The notes beneath the pieces were generated by a model. The model made no database searches. It saw nothing but the letters and a program-made list of their open reading frames with translations, and was not told the DNA's origin. Position numbers and translations under genes: made by a program. A stretch of DNA of 64,000 nt, from NCBI RefSeq assembly GCF_016432865.1, contig NC_067401.1, forward strand, positions 478,950,001-479,014,000. The letters run 5' to 3'. Shown here in pieces: positions 59,931 to 64,000 of this stretch. How positions within the stretch are numbered: the first letter of the stretch is position 1; every line of letters starts with the position of its first letter. The DNA is from Antechinus flavipes. Taxonomy: Eukaryota.

Positions 59931-60298
59931 TCAAATTAAAATTATCAGACAAATATTTTAAAAATGGGAAAATCATTTCACTTTAGTATCAATACAATTT
60001 ATGTGCAACTTCCTTAATCAATCCTAAATCCAATTGTGAGAGCTTATTATTAAAACACACTAGAAGCCTGAATTTCCACAATAGATAAATTTTGAAAGTC
60101 AGTCATATGTATCTATACATAGTTCTTAAAGAAAACAGTTCAATCCTGTTACTTTTCTCAAAATTTACCATTCCATCTAATTAAAAAACTTTCACATTAT
60201 ATCTTTATCTTATTACTTTTTCTAATCATTTCCCTTCAAGAGAATATCATCCCTACATTATGATTTAACCACAAATACAGGTTAAATTGTAAGATGTT

Positions 60299-60605
60299 CT
60301 GCATCCGAAAACAGGATTGTGGGGCCTGAATGTGGATCACAACATAGTATTTTCACCTTTTTGTTATCTGCTTGCTTTTTTGTTTTCTTTCTCATTTTTT
60401 CCCTTTTTGATCTGATTTTTCTTGTGTAGTATGATAAATGTGGAAATACGTATAGAAAAATTGCACATGCATTGGATTATTTGCTACCTAAGAGAAGGGG
60501 TATGGAAAAGGGAGAAACATTTGGAACACAAGGTTTTGCAAGACTGAACGTTGAAAGCTATCTTTGCATATATTTTGAAAACACGAAGTTATTATTTAAT
60601 TTTTT
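60299..60605 (+). mobile_element. Short 5'-truncated L1 3' UTR insertion with TSD
   Basis: Flanks AAATTGTAAGATGTT (60284-60298) and AAATTTGTAAGATGTT (60606-60621), preceded by TT (TT/AAA endonuclease site). Confidence 0.8.
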
Positions 60606-61330
60606 AAATTTGTAAGATGTTAGTATTTACATACGTTAGAAGTGTTCCTGTATCAATCTATTATTTAATAGATTTGGTATTATGCTTACAAAACTTACTA
60701 TAAAAATTTGCTATAAAAGGAAAAGGAAGAACATAGTGATAACAATGTCATATGTCATGAGGAGGAAAAAGTCCCTAAGTTCTGATTTTAAGCATACAAC
60801 AAATTCGACAGTCAATCATGTAGTCATAGAATGTCAAAAGCAAGGATCAGTATTAAGCAGATGGGAATTTTCCTTTTCAGAAAGGAAATGGCACAATAGG
60901 GAAATAAAGTCAGGAAGATACTACCTAGGTGATGCAAAAGTTGTTCCTAAAACTTTCCCCAAGCACAGACATCCACCTGTAGCAGTTGCCACACTACAAC
61001 ACATGCCATTTTCTACTATTGGCTTCATGACAATTCAGACAACTATCCCTGTAATCAAAGTTCAAAACAACAGTAAATTACAGTCTCAGGAATTTTTAAC
61101 TTAAATAGCGAAATTTCATAACTATAACTTAGGGTTTGAATATCTTGTTTCCCTAACCATTTCATTAATCCTTTACTTATAAATTAAATTATCCATATTC
61201 AGAGGCTTCAGACATACAATAAATACCTGATAGTTGACTCACTATTAATATGTTGAAGCTATATCTTTAAAACACTTTAGATGCTTTTCATGACAACCAA
61301 AAATTTCAAGTGAAAATTTACTATTATACT

Positions 61331-61877
61331 TGTCAACCAGACTGGAACTGGCCTCTATCTTGTGAGTGGCCAGAGCAGAAAGCAGGCCAGAAACAGGAGA
61401 GTCAGGACACAAACAGAAGTTTAATTAATTTTGGAGTGAGGAAAATGATGTTTGCAAAAGTAAACCCTCTGCCCTCACCCCACTCCCATCTTTTAAGGAG
61501 GGCTTAACATGATGGACCAAAGGTGGGTCTTATATCCCACAAATGGGCCAGATTAGGACACAATCATTTTTAGATCTTGAGTTACTGTTCCTGCAGGCCC
61601 TGTGGGAGCAATATTGTCTTAGGGATCATAGTCACCCTGCAGAGCCCAGAACCAGAGTTCTGTAATACCTGTTAGTGACAAGGAACAGGGGTTGTGAACA
61701 TGTGATGGATGGCTCTGGGAAATAAGGGGAGCCTGCTTGGTTCTGGTCCAAGCAATTCACTTTGCCAGAAGGTAATATCATCCTGAGTGCAAAGGATTGT
61801 TGTTATGCCAAGTTCAAGACACAGCCTGCTTGCTGTATCTTAACTCTGAGAAATGAGAGCCCCAAAATATTTTGACA
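61331..61877 (-). mobile_element. Solo LTR, 547 bp
   Basis: Inverted termini TGTCAA...TTGACA. The minus strand has ATTAAA followed by cttctgtttgtgtcctgac (U5-like). Possible 4-bp TSD with one mismatch (tact/tagt). Confidence 0.75.
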
Positions 61878-62315
61878 TAGTAAATATTATCTATTGTATA
61901 ACTAAATATACCTGATCAAATATTTAACTTTTTTTTCTTTGCTGAGGAAATTGGGCTCAAGTGATTTGCCTAGGATTGACAATTTTCAATAGTATTTTTT
62001 TCTAAACACATATATAGTTCTCAATATTCATTTTTATAAAACTTTGTTTCAAATTTTTCCCTTTCCTTCCCTTATCTTCTCCCTTCCCAAGACAGGAAAC
62101 AATCTGATATAGGTTAAATATATACAATTCTAACAATTTCAAGTATTCAATTTTTTATCAATCCTTTTAAAAGCCCAGTTTTATAATCTAACAGTATCCA
62201 GATTAAAAGCAAAGTTTTGTTTAACAGGTTTTCTAGTTTACAATGGTCTCTCAAATTTCACAATATAAGAGAATTTAGAAATAAAATAATAATATAAACA
62301 ATATTTGTTTGTAAT

Positions 62316-62393
62316 TTGACATCATCTGAAGTCTTGTTTCATTTTAATACATGCTATTGTATTAAAAATGAAAAAGACTTCAGATGATATCAA
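62316..62393. repeat. 78-nt near-perfect inverted repeat (hairpin)
   Basis: Arms TTGACATCATCTGAAGTCTTGTTTCATTTTAATACA and TGTATTAAAAATGAAAAAGACTTCAGATGATATCAA around a 6-nt loop TGCTAT. Confidence 0.95.
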
Positions 62394-64000
62394 TAGCATT
62401 TCCAAATGATCACATATAAAGATCATTAATTTCATTATCTTTGAATCTCAAAACCACTTTTAGAGTTATCAAGAATGGAACAATTACATTCAATTAAAGA
62501 AATAATAACATAGTGCTCAGCATATGTGAGTCACTGTGTTAGGCACTTTACAATCACTATATTATTTTGATCTCACAACCACCTTGGTACCATCATTATT
62601 TTTCTCTTTACAGATCAGAAAAATGGGCTATACAGAGATAACTTGTCTAAGATTACACAGCTGATAAGTTTCTGCAACCAGAGCAGAGTGGGCTCACCAA
62701 GGGCAGAGGCTGGCTGACTCCCCTTACCTCATACTGTCAGGCACTGCTAAGGGCACTCAGACCCTCCCAGGTAGCATCTGGGCAGGATCTGATGATGCTC
62801 AGCCTTCCCTGGGGTAAGTGGCAGAGAGTGCTAACTATAACCTAGAAGCTGGTGCCAGGATCTTCCCATTGGTGAAAGTTCCTGGTGGCAGGACAAGTGA
62901 AGTCTTATCCTATCCCTCTCCTGACAGCTGCAGCTTTAGGGCCAGACACTGCTACAGGAGGGATGGGCTGCACCTGGGTGTGAAATAGCCCAGGCAATAA
63001 AATTCAAGACGGCCATAGTAATTCATAATTTAGAAATGATTTATTTGTAACTGGCCTAGATGGTGTGCATGGCCAGGACGGACCTCCAGTAGGATTCTGG
63101 CATGGTTCCGTGCCCAACTGAAGTAGGGACAGCCTTATAAGCATTCTTGTTCACCCTTGCTGGCACATTTTGACATTAAACAGTGACTGGACTTTACAGG
63201 AGGAAAGATACAATGGCAGATGTTTTAAGATAGATAGGGATCAAGGTTAGGTGACCACCCTCAAGGAACAGACATCCTTGGGAGCATTGTTGATCTGGCA
63301 CTTTGAAGTGCAAAAGAAGTCCCCTAATCTAGCTGAGCAGACCCTTCTCTGCCAGCCCCAGGCCCTAAGACTGAGGGAGGGGAGGAGAGGCCAGTCCTTC
63401 GTCCATTTCAGGTGATACAGGTTTGCCTGGGGGGGGGGGGCGCAGGAAGTTGCAGGATGCCTAAAGGCACAGGGAAGTTGGGTTCACTGCCAAGAGGTCC
63501 AGCCCCAAGGCCTACCTCTTGCTGGGGCTGCTGACCTGCCTCCACCAAGTGGGCTGGCAGTGAACTGCACAATTGGAAGAGCAGATCATAATTCAAGTTG
63601 CCCTATATTTTCCCAGCATTTTTCAATACTTTTATTTGGAAATTTGATTTGAGATAAGAGGATTTACAGAAAAAGAAAGAAGGTCTCTGACCTGGGGGAG
63701 TTATCAGGGATGTTTGCTCTCAACCATTGGTCAAGATTTACAAGAAATTGCCATAAGGTGCAAATCATTTACCTAATTTTTTTTTCTTCACTCTGTGATT
63801 ACTTCCGAAATAGCTGGTTTTCTTCATCATCCTGGAATAATGAAACTATTTATTTTAATCTTCAGGGGAAATTATCTAAATGCCATTTTACTTTTTAAAA
63901 ACTTTATAAAATTTAATCTTTAATTTTCCTTAAAACAAACTCTAAAGAATAGAACTCCAAAACTTACTAAGATATTTCAGAAGGGAGTGAGTTTCCTAGA

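Noticed and set aside
60960-61050. Minus-strand CxxC...CxxC segment (DSCLNCHE...HVL*CGNCYRW) after a good acceptor
   Set aside because: In-frame TAG, weak donor, no partner exons and no recognisable family. Chance in AT-rich DNA is likely. A TBLASTX search would settle it.
60682-61104. 140-aa AT-rich plus-strand ORF
   Set aside because: No recognisable motif, promoter or splice support.
62316-62393. Hairpin as a C/D-box snoRNA
   Set aside because: The GATGA and CTGA motifs are in the wrong order and buried in the stem, and there is no host intron.
62850-62990. GARI...RDGLHL peptide resembling a CR1 ORF1 esterase
   Set aside because: The matches are too short and not in one frame. At most an ancient CR1 relic.

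Overview
Mammalian genomic DNA, most likely a dasyurid marsupial (inferred from WSINE1-like SINEs, a marsupial L1 3' UTR type and an OC1-like hAT MITE, all recognised from memory). Bases ~450-57,200 are a compact GC/CpG-rich block carrying five complete spliced genes in the order and relative orientation of human 1p34/p33: NSUN4 (-), UQCRH (-), LRRC41 (+), RAD54L (-), LURAP1 (-). I traced all 40 coding exons by hand. Every intron is GT-AG and each CDS sums to an intact frame. From ~57.3 kb the sequence turns AT-rich (L1, LTR) and contains no recognisable gene. I see no new multi-gene system, and the long extra ORFs are GC-content or antisense shadows. The best leads are small regulatory structures: a candidate poison exon and a competing stop-introducing donor in NSUN4 intron 2, an enhancer-like homeobox-motif island in RAD54L intron 3, a uORF whose stop codon sits in a hairpin loop just before the RAD54L ATG, a GTGAGT/UG-rich array before LURAP1 exon 2, a 78-nt near-perfect hairpin at 62.3 kb, a two-tailed L1 under one target-site duplication, and an OC1-like MITE. 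Comparisons with human sequences are from recall and need checking by alignment.
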